A stretch of 64,000 nucleotides of DNA from positions 1 through 64,000 of the forward strand of contig NW_027254113.1 in NCBI RefSeq assembly GCF_044704955.1, given 5' to 3'. Of the stretch, positions 61,833 to 64,000 are shown piece after piece (the first letter of the stretch is position 1; the number at the start of each line of letters is the position of its first letter). The DNA comes from Pristiophorus japonicus (lineage: Eukaryota). Under the pieces are notes generated by a model that did no database searches, had not been told where the DNA came from, and saw only the letters and a program-made list of their open reading frames with translations. Made by a program: the position numbers and the translations under genes.

Positions 61833-63400
61833 ATTGATGGGACTGAAGGCCAATAAATCCCCGGGGACTGATAGTCTGAATTCCAGAGTATTTAAGGAAG
61901 TGGCCCGAGAAATAGTGGATGCATTGGTGATCATTTTCCAACAGTCTATCGACTCTGGATCAGTTCCTATGGACTGGAGGGTAGCCAATGTAACAGCACT
62001 TTTTAAAAAAGGAGGAAGAGAGAAAACGGGTAATTATAGACCGGTTAGCCTGATATCAGTAGTGGGGAAAATGTTGTAATCAATTATTAAAGATGCATTT
62101 GGAAAGCAGTGACAGGATCGGTCCAAGTCAGCATGGATTTATGAAATGGAAATCATGCTTGACAAACCTAGAATTTTTTGAGGATGTAACTGATAGCGTG
62201 GACAAGGGAGAACCAGTGGATGTGGTGTATCCAGACTTTCAAAAGGCTTTTTACAATGTCCCACACAAGAAATTGTTGTGCAAAATTAAAGCACATTGTT
62301 TGGGGGGTAATGTACTGACATGGATAGAGAACTGGTTGGCAGACAGGAAGGAGAGAGTCGGGATAAACGGGTCCTTTTCAGAATGGCAGGCAGTGACTAG
62401 TGGAGTGCTGCAGGGCTCAGTGCTGGGACCCCAGCTATTTACAATATACATTAATGATTTAGATGAAGGAATTGAGTGTAATATCTCCAAGTTTGCAGAT
62501 GACACTAAGCTAAGTGGCGGTGTGAGCTGTGAGGAGGGCTAAGAGGCTGCAAGCTGACTTGGACAGGTTAGGTGAGTGGGCAAACGCATGCCAGATGCAG
62601 TATAACGTGGATAAATGTGAGGTTATCCACTTTAGTGGAAAAACCACAAAGGCAGAATATTATCTGAATGGCAGCAGATTAGGAAAAAGGGAGGTGCAAC
62701 GAGACCTGGGTGTCAAGGTACATCAGTCATTGAAAGTTAGCATGCAGGCACAGCAGGCGGTGAAGAAGGCAAATGGTATGTTGCCCTTCAAAGCTCAGGA
62801 ATTTGAGTATTGGAGCAGGGAGGTCTTACTGCAGTTGTACAGGGCCTGAGTGAGGCCTCACCTGGAATATTTGTTCAGTTTTGGTCTCCTAATCTGAGGA
62901 AGGACATTCTTGCTATTGAGGGATTGAAGCAAAGGTTCACCAGACTGATTCCTGGGATGGCAGGACTGACATATGAGGAGAGACTGGATCGACTGGGACT
63001 GTATTCACTGGAGTTTAGAAGGATGAGAGAGGATCTCATAGAAACACATAAATCTTTTTCGGGACTGGACAGGTTAGATGCAGGAAGAATGTTCCCGATG
63101 TTGGGGAAGTCTCGAACCAGGGGACATAAGGGGTAAGCCATTTAGGACTGAGATGAGGAGAAACTTCTTCACTCAGAGAGTTGTTAACCTGTAGAATTCT
63201 CTACCGCAGAGAGTTGTTGATGACAGTTCATTGGATACATTCAAGAGGGAGTTAGATATGGCCCTTACGGCTAAAGGGATCAAAGGGTATGGAGAGAAAG
63301 CAGGAAAGGGGTACTGAGGTGAATGATCAGCCATGATCTTATTGAATGGTGGTGCAGGCTCGAATGGCTGACTCCTGCATCTATTTTCCATGTTTCTATG
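61833..63400 (+). mobile_element. CR1 RT/3' fragment
   Basis: NKSPGTD, GNYRPVSL and KFADDTKL motifs; CR1 tail. Confidence 0.92.
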
Positions 63401-64000
63401 TAATAAGCAATCAATCAATAACAAATACAAAGGTCGGCGAATCGGTTCTTTCTCAGTGTTGATCTGCTCCTGGTGATATACCCTCAACCCCCTACTGACT
63501 GCAACTCAACTTGCATGTATGTGCAGTCAAAACTCAGAGAAAGCTCAGAATCTCTTTAGCGAACTTAAACTGGGGTCTCAAGAGATCTCTTACAACCCAG
63601 AGTGCGAAATAAAAAATGGACCACAATCAATCAATAAATGAATAGACACACAAAAAATAGAAGTCCCACCTTCAGCGGGCCGCCGATGAGGGAGCCCATT
63701 AGGCCAGGGATAGGGGCGGCACGCTTCGGGCCCGTCCCACACAGCCTGCAGAGCACACGCAGAGATTCTGGGGTCGAGAAGCTACTGCACATGCATGCAC
63801 ACTCTAGCGCGCATGTGCAGAGGTCCCGGCACTGTTTTCAGCACCGGGACCTGGCTGCGTTTCCATCGAGGCGAGGCTGGGGAGCGGCCAAACTCGGCCT
63901 GAAGATTTTTGGCGCCCTAATCGGTGTAGAAAAGCGGCTCACCTCTGGTCATTTCGACAGAAATCTCTACTGGTCAAATTTGAGCCCCAAGAGTGGGACT

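Overview
Repeat-dense vertebrate genomic DNA. It is inferred to be from a shark or other cartilaginous fish, based on its shark-type IgM constant exons, SacSINE1/Deu-type SINEs, shark CR1 families and a GPR139-like gene. There are two assembly gaps (4356-4593, 5693-5844). No intact protein-coding gene is supported. Between the retroelements sit several decayed host genes: (i) an IgM heavy-chain constant-region pseudogene on the minus strand, with CH2, frameshifted CH3, CH4 plus a secretory tail whose penultimate Cys is Tyr, and intact TM1 and TM2, but no CH1 or V-D-J visible; (ii) facing it about 3.3 kb away, a degenerate TCR alpha/delta-type V segment with a 23-bp-spacer recombination signal, absent from the ORF track; (iii) a two-exon GPR139-like pseudogene whose intron holds a full-length 7.2-kb Tx1/L1-clade retrotransposon; (iv) a P2Y-like GPCR fragment truncated by a CR1; (v) a tandem array of degenerate Leu(TAA)-Asp(GTC)-Ser(AGA) tRNA genes (about 34.8-46.2 kb). 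The rest is many CR1 LINE fragments (often nested), a full-length Gypsy LTR element with 5-bp target-site duplication, RTE fragments, SINEs and several minisatellites. One minisatellite carries CTCF-like motifs and another derives from CR1 sequence. Comparisons with known families are from recall, not from database searches.
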